64,000 nucleotides of DNA from Eledone cirrhosa (GCA_964016885.1 OZ024765.1:21514001-21578000), one strand, 5' to 3'. Counted from the first letter of the stretch, positions 1 to 13,682 are shown. Numbers and translations are program-made. Notes: a model not told the origin generated them from the letters alone.

Positions 1-200
1 GAATCCCCAGTCACTGAAGAGGTCACAGAATGAGTGACGAAAGAACTTTGACAATATATGAACAATCGTCTGGTTGTGCAACCAACCAACCAACCAGAAA
101 TTTATAAATTCTCAAATTTATAAATTTAATTTATAATAAATTGAAGTAAAAGCAACTGGTGCGTGTGTTTTTTATTGGCAACATGACCCTCCCAAAGTAT

Positions 201-205
<5 letters not shown>
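1..205 (+). mobile_element. Short HHR-bearing element, family H1 (Penelope pLTR-like); cut by the window start
   Basis: HHR at 10-52, then a tail ending atgaccctcccaaagtataacaat into (TA)n. Homologous copies at 25677-25750 (-), 30878-31010 (+) and 49612-49817 (-). Confidence 0.75.
10..52 (+). ncRNA. Minimal type I hammerhead ribozyme
   Basis: gtca CTGAAGA g gtcac-agaatga-gtgac GAAA gaac T t tgac. Stem I gtca/tgac, stem II gtcac/gtgac. Confidence 0.75.
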
Positions 206-231
<26 letters not shown>

Positions 232-239
<8 letters not shown>

Positions 240-439
240 TAAAAAAATAATGAATAAAACAATGAAACAGTTCCTTAAACAAAAAAAGTTCATTATTTAA
301 CAATCGTTTCTGGGATATATATGTGTTAGAATTGGCATGCATATTTAACAGATCTATGTACAAAATTATACAAAATTATACAAACTATCAAAATTAAATA
401 CACATACCAACTCATATATATGCCGTCTTCAGAAATAAT
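232..439 (-). ncRNA. Family H2 element: type I HHR with a long stem II (HHR at 292-439)
   Basis: Minus strand reads attattt CTGAAGA cggcatatatatg...catatatatccca GAAA cgattg T t aaataat. Stem I attattt/aaataat. A truncated copy lies at 1376-1510. Confidence 0.65.
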
Positions 440-570
440 TGTTTCTACTTTTGGCACAAGGCCAGCAATTACCCAGTGCATTACTGGTACTTTATTTTAT
501 CGACCCCGTAAGGATGAAAGGCAAAGTCAACCTCGGCGGGATTTGAACTCAGATCGTAAAGGGACGTAAC
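440..570 (-). mobile_element. tRNA-derived SINE family A, 5'-truncated, with 21-bp TSD
   Basis: B-box gagttcaaatccc on the minus strand; TSD tatgccgtcttcagaaataat at 419-439 and 571-591. Confidence 0.85.
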
Positions 571-757
571 TATGCCGTCTTCAGAAATAATGAAATATAT
601 TTATTGATAATAACAACAATTCAAAATTACAGGTCTGTTTGGGAACAGAGTTCAAATTGACCAATATCCGGATTACATTGAGTTCTTCATACGGATTGGA
701 CACTACCGTAAACTCTTGGTAGATTTATCTACATATATATATATATATATGTAAATG

Positions 758-914
758 TGGTTGGTGTTAGGAAGGGCATCCAACTGTAGAAAACCTGCCA
801 GACAGTCCTATGCGAGCAAGACAATCACTCTTGCCTCAAGTGGGACTACCCCCGTCCAAACCCATGCAAGCGTGGAACACGGACGTTAAACGTTGATGAT
901 GATGATGATGATGA
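758..914 (+). mobile_element. SINE family B, 3' portion with (GAT)n tail
   Basis: ggtgttaggaagggcatcca...acccatgcaagcgtggaacacggacgttaaacg(atg)n recurs across the window. Confidence 0.8.
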
Positions 915-1734
915 TATATACAAGATATTTTAATACAAGACTTTACAACAGAAATATTAGCAGTCTAAGAGAGAGGACATCTTGAAGCTGGTCATTAAAT
1001 AACTAAGATGGAGAATAATATATATTGTCAAAGGTATACCAAGAATAAATATGATATTTTTCTAATATATGGAGGCCATGAAACTATTCAACAACAGCCA
1101 TATTTAACTGTGTTACAGCTGGTATTGTCTTTCATGTTTATTCCTTGTGTTTTTGCTTCTTTTGTTGAAGAAACAGGGGTGTGAGGGATATTGCTAAAAG
1201 ATATTGGCCAGAAGGGAGGTGGAACTATAGGGTTACATTTGTGTGTATGTGTGTGTGTTTTGTTGAGCATACACACACACACACCTATATATATATATAT
1301 ATATATATAGGTGTGTGTGTTTTGTTGAGCATACACACACACACCTTTATATATATATATATAAAATATATATATATAAAATATTAAAAAAATAATGAAT
1401 AAAACAATGAAACAGTTCCTGATATTAAACAAAAAAAGTTCATTATTTAACGATCGTTTCTGGGATATATATGTGTTAGAATTGGCATGTATATTTAACA
1501 GATCTATGTAAACTCCGTAAACTACCGTAAACTCTTGGTAGATTTATCTACATATATATATATATAGGTGTGTGTGTGTATGTATACATATATATACATA
1601 TGTGTTTGTGTATACACATATGTATACATATGTGTGTGTATTCACATATATATACATATATTTATATATATGTATGTATACATGTATATATATATATACA
1701 TATATGTATTTATATATATATATATGTATATATA

Positions 1735-1985
1735 TCATCATCATTATCATCAACGTTTAACGTCCATGTTCCACGCTTGCATGGGTTTGGACGGGGGTTT
1801 TCCCACTTGAGGCAAAAGTGGTTGTCTTGCTCGCATAGGACTGTCTGGCGGGTTTTCTACAGTTGGATGCCCTTCCTAACACCAACCACATTTACAGTGT
1901 GGGGCTGGCAGGTTTTTACCGTGTTGCCTACACGGCCACATTTACAGCGTGGACTGTGTGTTTTTTGTCGTGACACCTACACGAT
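1735..1985 (-). mobile_element. SINE family B, 3' portion
   Basis: Reverse complement of the 758-914 module with a (CAT)n tail. Confidence 0.8.
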
Positions 1986-2123
1986 CTCATTTGTTTCGGC
2001 CTGGATGTTGTGGGACCAACATAACTTTACATTGAAAGGGGCGGTGTGGATGGGGTGGGGTGGTGGGACGGGGGTGTATTTTGTTAGAGGTGCCTACTGG
2101 CTGTAGTAGGTTTTACTTTGTAT

Positions 2124-4395
2124 TTAGATAAGGCGGGTCTTCTCTATTACTGAGTACCGCCAAAGGTCTCGGTCCAGTGACATTGTCTTGGAGAGGTGTA
2201 AGTGTGTGAGGTCGGAATTTATCAGCTCGTCCCAGGTTTTTCTGGGTCTGCCTACTCCGTGGCTACCGTCTATCTTTATTGCCCTGCACTTTGTTATACA
2301 GCTGTCGTCTTTCATGCGCATCACGTGACCATACCAACGTAGCCTTCTCTCGAGTAAACAACATCTGATCCCTCTTATTTCTAATTTTTTCCTTAGTTCG
2401 TTTATGCTTTGCCGTTCACGTATATTACTATTACACATCCAACGGAGCATGCAAGCTTCGTTTCTCTCTAGTCTGCGTATATCCTCTGCACACAATGCCC
2501 AGGTCTCACTGCCATGTAACATTGCTGTTCGTATGCAGGCATCATACAACCTGCCTTTCATTTTTAGGGAGAACCCTTTAGCGGCTAATAGTCGTATAAG
2601 CTCTCTGAACTTTTTCCATCCAGTTCTGACTCTACTGTACTTTCAGAGCACCCTCCCCCCACTGCTGATTTTGTCACCCAGGTAACGGAAGCTGTCCACT
2701 ATTTCTATAGAACCCTCTGCGCAGTTGAAAGAGTTAGTATTTTGTGGGCACTTGCTGCTACTTATTGCACCAGAGCACCGGCCACATGTAAAATCTATGT
2801 TCTTAGTTAGCTTACCTGTGATCCCACTACATCTTTTATGCACCCATACTTTGCATTTGGGACACAAAATGGAGTTTCTACCTACGCCTTTCCTACACAC
2901 TGAGCATGACCACTTCCCGGAAGGGACCGCCGCCTTATTTTCTTTCTTACAAACTAGAACTTTAGTCTTAGCCAGGTTAATTTTAAGGCCTTTTGATTCT
3001 AGGCCGTGCTTCCATGTTTGGAATTTCTTCTCTAGCTCGGCCATTGATTCAGCTATGAGTGTTAGGTCATCTGCGTATAGGAGTTCCCATGGGCAGCCGG
3101 TCTTGAACTCCTCTGTTATAGCCTGAAGGGCAATAATAAATAGTAGGGGGCTGAGAACGGAGCCCTGATGGACGCCAACCTTTACGCTAAACTCTTCACT
3201 ATATTCGTTGTTAATTCTAACCTTGCTGACTGTTTCTTTATACATGGCTTGTATAGCTCTCACAAGCCATTCGTCAACACCTTGTTTTCTAAGATCCCAC
3301 CAGATAATGGAACGGGGGACTCTGTCGAAAGCTTTCTCCAAGTCGACAAAAGCTAAGTATAGGGGTTTACTTTTAGCTAGGTACTTCTCCTGTAGTTGTT
3401 GTACAATGAAAAGAGCGTCTGTGGTACTTTTGCCTGACACAAACCCGAACTGCATTTCATCTAGATCAATTCTCTCTCTGATTAGTTGCGCTATTACTTT
3501 TTCCGTGACCTTCATGACCTGGTCGATTAATTTAATGCCTCTATAGTTACTCCTATCTAGAGCATCTCCTTTACCCTTATAACAGTTAACGATGATGCTG
3601 TTACGCCAGTCCTTCGGAACAACCCCATTCTGTACGACTTGGTTAACCATGGTGTGTCCCACTGTACCAGATGCCTTCAGCATCTCAGCAACTATTTCCG
3701 AAGGCCCAGCCGCCTTACCCGTCTTCATATCTTTGATTGCCTTACTTATTATACTACCCTCGACTAACACTGCTGGTCCCTCTATTGGGTCGATGTGGGG
3801 GAGACTGTCTTTCTCCCATTTATTCTCCTCATTTAGTAGCCTTTCGTAGTGACACTTCCAAGCTACCTTCTTATCAGCGTCAGTGATGGCAAGTACGCCG
3901 TCATCATTAAGTACACACTTCTCCCCGACAATATCACGGTTTTCCTTGACACATTGCCTAGCAATCCTGAACACCTCACGTTTTTGGTCCTCGCGTTGTA
4001 GAACATGCTTGAACTTTCTTTCCTCTGCTTCCCTTCTTGCAAAGTACACTTGTCTCCTAGCTTCCCTCCTGGCCACTTGATAGTCTTCTCTACTTCCCCC
4101 ATCCCGCCTTACTTTCCAAGCCTGCTTTTTGGCCGTAATTGACCCCTCCACCTTACTGTTCCACCACCATGTTACCCTCCTCCTGCCACAGACTTCGTCT
4201 GCCGCCATCAGCAGGTTTGCTTTCAGGAATTCCCACTGTTCCTCTATATTGTATGACTCTAATTGCTCTTCCTTACTGTCGAAAGCATCAAGTAGTATGC
4301 TTTTAAATTTATTTCTGGCTGTGGGGTCCTTTAGCTTCCATATTTTGTATGCTTTTAAATTTATTTCTGGCTGTGGTGTCCTTTAACTTCCATAT
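2124..4395 (-). mobile_element. RTE-clade LINE, 5'-truncated and frameshifted (RT + C-terminal region)
   Basis: ORFs 2643-4208 and 2124-2561 carry NYRGIKL, QFGF, FVDLEKAFDRVP, GVHQGSVLSPLLF, LLYADD and RRLRWYGHVMR...GRPRKTW. A ~50-bp direct duplication sits at the truncated end (4295-4395). Confidence 0.92.
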
Positions 4396-4418
4396 TTATA
4401 TATATATATATAGAGAGA

Positions 4419-5581
4419 GAGTAATGTAAATGTTATGTGAGATATTATGTGAGGTAAAGCCTTTACTGTGAAAATACAATAGTATATATAGAGTAATGTA
4501 AATGTTATGTGAGATATTATGTGAGGTAAAGACTTTACTGTGAAAATACAATAGTATATATAGAGTAATGTAAATGTTATGTGAGATATTATGTGATCTA
4601 AAGACTTTACTGTGAAAATACAATAGTATATATAGAGTAATGTAAATGTTATGCGAGATATTATGTGAGGTAAAGACTTTACTGTGAAAATACAATAGTA
4701 TATATAGAGTAATGTAAATGTTATGTGAGATATTATGTGATCTAAAGACTTTACTGTGAAAATACAATAGTATATATAGAGTAATGTAAATGTTATGTGA
4801 GATATTATGTGAGATATTATGTGATCTAAAGACTGTACTGTGAAAATACAATAGTATATATAGAGTAATGTAAATGTTATGCGAGATATTATGTGAGGTA
4901 AAGACTTTACTGTGAAAATACAATAGTATATATAGAGTAATGTAAATGTTATGATATATTATGTGAGGTAAAGACTTTACTGTGAAAATATAATAGTATA
5001 TATAGAGTAATGTAAATGTTATGCGAGATATTATGTGAGGTAAAGACTTTACTGTGAAAATACAATAGTATATATAGAGTAATGTAAATGTTATGATATA
5101 TTATGTGAGGTAAAGACTTTACTGTGAAAATATAATAGTATATATAGAGTAATGTAAATGTTGTGTGAGATATTATGTGAGGTAAAGACTTTACTGTAAA
5201 AATACAATAGTATATATAGAGTAATGTAAATATTATGTGAGGTAAAGCCTTTACTGTGAAAATATAATAGTATATATAGAGTAATGTAAATGTTATGTGA
5301 GATATTATGTGAGGTAAAGACTTTACTGTAAAAATACAATAGTATATATAGAGTAATGTAAATGTTATGTGAGATATTATGTGAGGTAAAGCCTTTACTG
5401 TGAAAATACAATAGTATATATAGAGTAATGTAAATGTTATGTGAGATATTATGTGAAGTAAAGCCTTTACTGTGAAAATATAATAGTATATATAGAGTAA
5501 TGTAAATGTTATGTGAGATATTATGTGAGGTAAAGACTTTACTGTGAAAATACAATAGTATATATAGAGTAATGTAAATGC
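4419..5581. repeat. 72-bp minisatellite, ~16 copies
   Basis: Unit gagtaatgtaaatgttatgtgagatattatgtgaggtaaagactttactgtgaaaatacaatagtatatata starts at 4419, 4491, 4563 and so on. Confidence 0.95.
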
Positions 5582-5959
5582 TGTAGGGTAAATGAAATAT
5601 CTTGTTTATAGTTTGATGATATTTGATAATATATTGTTCTACAAGTTTGGTAGATCTTTTAAAGGCCAGCTTCAAGATGTTTTCGTTCTCTTAGACCGGT
5701 AATGTTTCTGCTATAAAATCTTGTATATATATCACATCTATAGTTTGTCTTCGATAACATACCGTATCTACAGTGCTGGTAATTTATCTAATGATTTGCT
5801 TCAAGATGTCCTCTCTCTCTCTCTCAATTTTTTTTTCATTCCTTGTATTTTGATCATGCTTTATTTTTATTTTTAATTTCATTCGCACCGTTTCCTTTCG
5901 CTATATGTCTCTCCCCCACTCCCCTACACACCCTTTGAACTCTGTTCCCACACACTTCT

Positions 5960-5993
5960 CACCTGAGGAAGGGCTTATGCCCGAAACGTCGTT
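5960..5993 (+). ncRNA. Minimal HHR core, family H3 (stem I degenerate)
   Basis: CTGAGGA a gggc-ttat-gccc GAAA cgtcg T t, followed by an aataaa-containing tail running to (TA)n at ~6083. Confidence 0.6.
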
Positions 5994-6112
5994 CCCCACC
6001 ACCACCCCACTCTCCAGAGCGTGAAATTAATAAACATTCGTTGTACTGCCTCTCTGTTTTGTCCCTGTTCAAATTTTTCCATTATATATATATATATACA
6101 TATGTGTGTGTG

Positions 6113-6931
6113 AATGAAGTAATTCCATCGGAAAAGTCCAGGAAAAAAGAGTGCTCTATGTAGGTAACAGAGCTTAATAGTTATGTAATAAACAACATAA
6201 GGCAATTATTCCATTTACCAGTGGTTTCTTAAAAGCAAAAAATGTTGCTTTCAATCATCAGAATGAATAAAATCCTGGTCTATTTATTGAATTGGATTTT
6301 AAAAAACCAATTTTAAAATCCAATTCAATAAATAGACCAGGATTTTATTCATTCTGATGATTGAAAGCAACATTTTTTGCTTTTAAGAAACCACTGGTAA
6401 ATGAAATAATTTTAAAATCCAATTCAATAAATAGACCAGGATTTTATTCATTCTGATGATTGAAAGCAACATTTTTTGCTTTTAAGAAACCACTGGTAAA
6501 TGGAATAATTTAAAAATCCAATTCAATAAATAGACCAGGATTTTATTCATTCTGATGATTGAAAGCAACATTTTTTGCTTTTAAGAAACCACTGGTAAAT
6601 GGAATAATTTTAAAATCCAATTCAATAAAGAGACCAGGATTTTATTCATTCTGATGATTGAAAGCAACATTTTTTGCTTTTAAGAAACCACTGGTAAATG
6701 GAATAATTTTAAAATCCAATTCAATAAATAGACCAGGATTTTATTCATTCTGATGATTGAAAGCAACATTTTTTGCTTTTAAGAAACCACTGGTAAATGG
6801 AATAATTTTAAAATCCAATTCAATAAATAGACCAGGATTTTATTCATTCTGATGATTGAAAGCAACATTTTTTGCTTTTAAGAAACCACTGGTAAATGGA
6901 ATAAATGCCTTATGTTGTTTATTACATAACT
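6113..6931. mobile_element. Family H4 element: one inverted HHR copy (6178-6304) plus six tandem 99-nt HHR units (6311-6905)
   Basis: CTGATGA at 6354, 6453, 6552, 6651, 6750 and 6849. Each unit reads ttattcatt CTGATGA ttgaaagc...gcttttaa GAAA ccactgg T A aatggaataa. The inverted copy has tcatcag at 6255. Confidence 0.85.
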
Positions 6932-7129
6932 ATATATATGCATTGCTGGAAGATCTTTGATAATATATGACACTATAAAACTTCGTTAGGTCATAAAACT
7001 TTGACGAGACATCAACATTAAATATTTCAGATTTCTGATATTCAAGATATTAGGAGAGGGTGGTGAGGAGAGGGTGGTGGGGAGAGGGGGTTGGGGGGGA
7101 GGGGGCAGAAGGGGGATCCTTACTTTGTG

Positions 7130-7435
7130 AGACACCACCACTACGCCACCTACACCACCACCACAACAACACCACCACCGTTGCCAGCAACACACCACCA
7201 ACACCACCGCCACTACACCACCACCACCACAACAACACCACCACCGCCACCACCACCACTACACCACCACCACCACCACCACCATCACCACACCACCACC
7301 ACCACCACCACTACACACCACCACCAGCAACACGTCACCAACACCACCACACCAAAAAAACCACCACCACCACTACTACACACCACCAACATCAACACAC
7401 CACCACCACACCACCACCAACACCACCACCACCAC
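7130..7435. repeat. (CCA/CAA)n low-complexity tract
   Basis: Read directly from the sequence. Confidence 0.9.
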
Positions 7436-7529
7436 TAATAAATTTATAGTAAAATATTGGTACCCTTGAAATACGTATAATATAATAAATATGGTTTTGT
7501 AAAGATATTTTCCATTCATTAATATTATT

Positions 7530-7715
7530 GGTGGATTGGCAGTATCGGTAGAAAGTCGGACACCATGCTTTGAAGCATAGAGTTACGTCCCTTTATGATC
7601 TGAGTTCAAATCCCGCCGAGGTTAACTTTGCCTTTCATCCTTACGGGGTCGATAAAATAAAGTACCAGTAATGCACTGGGTAATTGCTGGCCTTGTGCCA
7701 AATGTAGAAACAATT
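7530..7715 (+). mobile_element. SINE family A, full length
   Basis: A-box-like tggcagtatcgg, B-box gagttcaaatccc, 3' end gtagaaacaatt. Confidence 0.85.
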
Positions 7716-7853
7716 AATATTATTAATATATATATATATATACACACACACATATAGATATATACATACATACACACACACATATATATATATATATATA
7801 CACACATATATATGTATATATATAAAAACAAATATACATATGCACACACGTAC

Positions 7854-7889
<36 letters not shown>

Positions 7890-7897
<8 letters not shown>

Positions 7898-8100
7898 TAA
7901 AAAAATAATGAATAAAACAATGAAACAGTTCCTTATATTAAACAAAAAAAGTTCATTATTTAACGATCGTTTCTAGGATATATATGTGTTAGAATTGGTA
8001 TGTATATTCAACAGATCTATGTACAAAATTATACAAAATTATACAAACTATCAAAATTAAATATACATACCAAACACATATATATGCCGTCTTCAGAAAA
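7890..8100 (-). ncRNA. Family H2 long-stem HHR element
   Basis: Near-identical to 232-439, with a palindromic stem III acgatcgt; flanked by (TA)n on both sides. Confidence 0.65.
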
Positions 8101-8131
8101 ATATATATATATATATATATATAAGCTTAAA

Positions 8132-8200
<69 letters not shown>

Positions 8201-8445
8201 TTTAAGCTTGTTGAATCCCAACAAATTAAATATAACCTCTGCATATATATATATGCATATAAATATACACATACATGCGTATAAATACACAGACACAGAT
8301 ATACATACATATATATGTATACATCCATACACATACTCATATATATATGGACATATACACATACATATCGCGTGTACAGCTGTTGTTTGTTGCGTAAAGC
8401 TGTGCTGCCCGCACACATATACATACATACATATATACATACATG

Positions 8446-8481
<36 letters not shown>

Positions 8482-8742
8482 CATATATATATATATATAT
8501 ATGTATACATATATATATATGTATACATATATATATATACACACATATACACACATATATATATACATATATACATACATGTGTATATATATATAATATA
8601 TATATATACATATATATATATATGTATACATATATATATATACACACATATACACACATATACACACATATATATATACATATATACATACATGTGTATA
8701 TATATATATGTATACATATATATATATACACACATATATACT

Positions 8743-8798
<56 letters not shown>

Positions 8799-9154
8799 TA
8801 TATATATACATATATACAGATGCATATCGCGTGTTCTGCCATTACGGCTGATTACATTTGAAGATAGCATTTCACATGCTGTGCACACACACATACATAT
8901 ACATATATACATATAGATATACATATACATATAGATAGATATATATACATACACACCTACTTATGTAACACACACACACTCGTATACACATGTAAAATAA
9001 CACACACACACATACATACATACATACATACTCTTGTCACACATATACATACGCTCATATATACACACGCTCATACAGATGCGCGCACGTGTGAAGTACA
9101 TATATACACACAAACATGCACACACAAACATACCCGCATGTCAAATACATACAG

Positions 9155-9186
<32 letters not shown>

Positions 9187-9469
9187 TCGCATGTAACATA
9201 CACACATATACGCATGTAACATACGCACTTATACGCACGTAGCGTACATTTATACACAAACACACGCCTGTGATGTACACATACATACATACAGAGCACT
9301 TACACACATTCTAAAAACAGCTATCACACACAAACATATACACAACACATACATACACATAAATACACACGCAAACACATATATATACAACAAGCACTCA
9401 CACACATACACAGATAATCGAACACACGCAAACATTCACCGCAAAGATTAACCGGATGAAACAACCGCA

Positions 9470-10540
9470 CACACACACATAACACAACTCACACACACGC
9501 ACACACATACACACATAACATAACTCACACACACACACACATAACACAACTCACACACACACACACAATACACACGCAGAGTCATTCACCGCACTAAACA
9601 ACGACCACACACATACACACACACACCCAGCACAACACCACACACACTCAGCACAACACCACACACATACACCCCCAGCACCACACTACACACACACTCA
9701 GCACAACACCACACACATACACCCCCAGCACCACACTACACACACACTCAGCACAACACCACACATATACACACACACACTCAGCACAACACCACACACA
9801 TACACCCCCAGCACCACACTACACACACACTACACACACACTCAGCACAACACCACACATATACACACACACACTCAGCACAACACCACACACATACACA
9901 CACACACACCCAGCACAACACCACACACACACTCAGCACAACACCACACACATACACCCCCAGCACCACACTACACACACACTCAGCACAACACCACACA
10001 TATACACACACACACCCAGCACCACACTACACACACTCAGCACAACACCACACACATACACACACACACACCCAGTACCACACTACACACACACGCATAC
10101 ACACACACCACACTCACAACACACAACGCTCACACACACACCCAGCACTCACATATACAGCACACATCTACACACACATACAGCTCACATCTACACAAAC
10201 ACACACACCGCAACAGTCACATATACCACATATACACACCACAACACACATACATTAAGTACCACAACACACACATACACCACACACTCACATATACACC
10301 ACACACTCACACATACACCACACACTCACACATACACCACAACACACACATACACCAACATACACCACAACACTCACATACACCACAACATTCACACACA
10401 CACCACAACACACACTCACACACACCACAACTCACACTCACACACACTCACATACAACACACACTCACACACACCACAACACACACTCACACACACCACA
10501 ACACACACTCACACACACCACAACACACATCTACACACAT
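9470..10540. repeat. CA-rich micro/minisatellite (cacacactcagcacaacacc units)
   Basis: Read directly from the sequence. Confidence 0.9.
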
Positions 10541-10947
10541 CTCCAGACATTGAAATCTTCCCCGTGCGAAAGAGAAGGCAGTACCAGCGTGATGGCTCGA
10601 CATGTGGGACGAAATAGCAGCTAAATCCTGCTTAAAACACACAGTACTGTGGTAAAGAAGGAAGGCCAGCTTCTAGGATGTAGTCATGGAGGATTTAACG
10701 GGACTGTCACGGTTGGAAGGCCTTAAACAAAGGATTGTTATTCCGGCTTCGATACGGCTTTACGGTGTTAACTAAAATATACACACACAGGTATATATAT
10801 ATATACATATATATATATACATACAGGTATACATACATATACACACACACACATACACACACACACACACATATATATACATATATTTATATACACGCAT
10901 ATACATATACAAAAACATACACATAAATATACACATATATACACATA

Positions 10948-10987
<40 letters not shown>

Positions 10988-11314
10988 CACACGCATACAT
11001 ATATATACACACATATACATAGTCACATATATATACATATACACACACACGCATACATATATTACAACAAACACACAAACGTACGTACTTTCCCCCCACA
11101 CACACACATATATATATATATATACACATATACATACATATATACACACACATATATATATATACACATATACATACATATATATATACATACATTATAT
11201 ATATATACATATATATACATACATAAACATATATACATATACATACATATATATACATACACACACACACATATATATATACACATAAACATACATACTA
11301 GCACGTTATACACA

Positions 11315-12240
11315 CAACACTACCCCTCATCCTACCACCACCACCAACACTACACCACACCGCACCACACTACACCACCACCACTACCACACTACATTAC
11401 ACCACACCACCCCACCCCACCATCACCACACTACACTAAACCACACCACCACCACCACACTACACCACACTACACCACACCACTACACTACACTACACCA
11501 CACCACCACCACCACACTACACTACACTACACCACACCACCCACACCACACCACCACCACCACACTACACTACACCACACCACTACACAATACACTACAC
11601 CACACCACACTACACCACCACCAACACACCACACTACACTACACCACACCACCACGACTAACACACCACACTACACCACCACCACCACACCACCACCACC
11701 ACACCACCAACACTAACACATGACACCACCACCATACACTACACTATACCACACCACGCTACACCACCACCACCACCACACCACACACTACACCACCACC
11801 ACTAACACACCACACCACCACCACTAACACACTACACCACCACCACCACCACACCACCAACACTAACACACTACACCACCACCACCACCCCACACTACAC
11901 TATACCACAACACACTACACCACCACCATCCCACAACACACTACACCACCACCACCACCACCCCACACTACACTATACCACAACACACTACACCACCACC
12001 ACCCCACAACACACTACACCACCACCCCCCCCCACACCACCACCACCCCACCACACTACACCACCACCACCCCACACTACACTATACCACAACACACTAC
12101 ACCACCACCACCCCACAACACACTACACCACCACCACCACCCCACAACACACTACACCACCACCACCACCCCACAACACACTACACCACCCCGCCACACC
12201 ACCACCCCACCACACCACCACCCCACCACACCACAACCAC
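11315..12240. repeat. (CCA)/(CACTA)-rich low-complexity tract
   Basis: Read directly from the sequence. Confidence 0.9.
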
Positions 12241-12245
12241 AACAG

Positions 12246-12357
12246 ACAGTCAGCCATACAGACAGTGTTACAATGTTAAGTCAGCTCTACCGAGTGTTTA
12301 CCGTAGAACTATGGACAAGACTTCTACTCCTTACATGTCTACTACAGTACAGCTGGG
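12246..12357 (+). CDS. Candidate host exon, product unknown
   Basis: Unique island bounded by cag| at 12243-12245 and a perfect |GTGAGT at 12358. Two frames are open; one gives MLSQLYRVFTVELWTRLLLLTCLLQYSW (signal-peptide-like). Confidence 0.35.
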
Positions 12358-12439
12358 GTGAGTGTATACAACTTTATACTACATTGTATATATATGTGTG
12401 GGTGTATATATTGATATATGTGTGGCGGGGTATATATAT

Positions 12440-12527
12440 CTAGGGTGGGTAAAACTCCCGAGATCCATGGACGAGTTCATCCAGACGTCTCTGTCCCTCA
12501 TTATCGCTGCCATGTCCTGCGTCTCCA
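12440..12527 (-). mobile_element. 3' fragment of an RTE-like LINE (same family as 35775 and 44468)
   Basis: Matches the reverse complement of 35955-36042. Confidence 0.75.
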
Positions 12528-13308
12528 TATATGTGTGTATATATGTGTGTATATATGTGTGTGTGTGTGTGTATATATGTGTGTATATGTGTATATATAT
12601 GTGTGTGTATATGTGTGTGTGTATGTGTGTGTGTGTATATATGTGTGTGTATATGTGTGTGTGTATATATGTGTGTGTGTATATGTGTGTGTGTATATGT
12701 GTGTGTGTGAATATGTGTGTGAATATGTGTGTGAATATGTGTGTGTATATGTGTGTGTATATGTGTGTGTGTGTGTATATGTGTGTGTATATATGTGTGT
12801 GTATATATATATGTGTGTGTATATGTGTGTATATATGTGTGTGTATGTGTGTGTGTATATATGTGTGTGTATATGTGTGTGTGTATATGTGTGTGTGTAT
12901 ATGTGTGTGTATATGTGTGTGTATATGTGTGTGTATATATGTGTGTATATATGTGTATATATGTGTGTATATATGTGTGTGTATATATATATGTGTGTAT
13001 ATATATGTGCGTATATATATGTGTGTGTGTATATATGTATGTGTATATGTGTGTATATATATATGTGTGTATATATGTGTGTGTATATATGTGTGTATGA
13101 ATATATATATATATATGTGTGTGTGTGTATATGTGTGTGTGTATATATGTATATATATATATGTGTGTGTCTAAGAATATATGTATATATATGTGTGTAT
13201 GAATATATATATATATGTGTGTTTATGTATATACATGTGTATATATGTGTGTGTGTATATATGTGTGTATGTATATACGTGTGTATATATGTGTGCGTAT
13301 ATATATAT
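12528..13308. repeat. (TG/TA)n compound microsatellite
   Basis: Read directly from the sequence. Confidence 0.95.
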
Positions 13309-13408
13309 TAAAGAGTTAAACAAGATTCAATGAGTATATCAAAGAATGAGTTTTACAGTAGATTGGAAGCACCCTACGAAAAAAAAATATTCTCCGGAGT
13401 TATTAATA

Positions 13409-13648
13409 TTAAAATACAAATATTAAGAAAATAGATGTTCTTTTGATCAATTACATTTTATTATACATATTTCGGATGTACAACAGTACGTCCTCATCAG
13501 ACAAAATATAATGATACATGACATACCCTGAGATGTTAAATGGTTAAGATTTAATCAAGGATGAGGACGTACTGTTGTACATCCGAAATATGTATAATAA
13601 AATGTAATTGATCAAAAGAACATCTATTTTATTAATATTTGTATTTTA
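13409..13648. mobile_element. Fold-back HHR element, family H5-like; complete HHR on the minus strand at 13455-13507
   Basis: Minus strand: attttgt CTGATGA ggacgtac-tgtt-gtacatcc GAAA tatgta T a ataaaat. The inverted arm 13560-13648 lacks the first core bases. Confidence 0.78.
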
Positions 13649-13682
13649 ACATATATATATATATATATATACTGTATATAGT

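Noticed and set aside
4419-5581. HHR-like look of the 72-bp unit (tgtga ggtaaag-a-ctttact gt gaaa atac-aata-gtat)
   Set aside because: No CTGANGA, and the spacing around GAAA is wrong.
6311-6905. CRISPR-like appearance of the tandem arrays (also 52037-52668 and 21504-21810)
   Set aside because: No unique spacers, no cas genes, eukaryotic context.
10547-10770. Possible exon after ctccag
   Set aside because: No convincing frame or donor; shares gaaatag.agctaa with 35534, suggesting a dispersed repeat.
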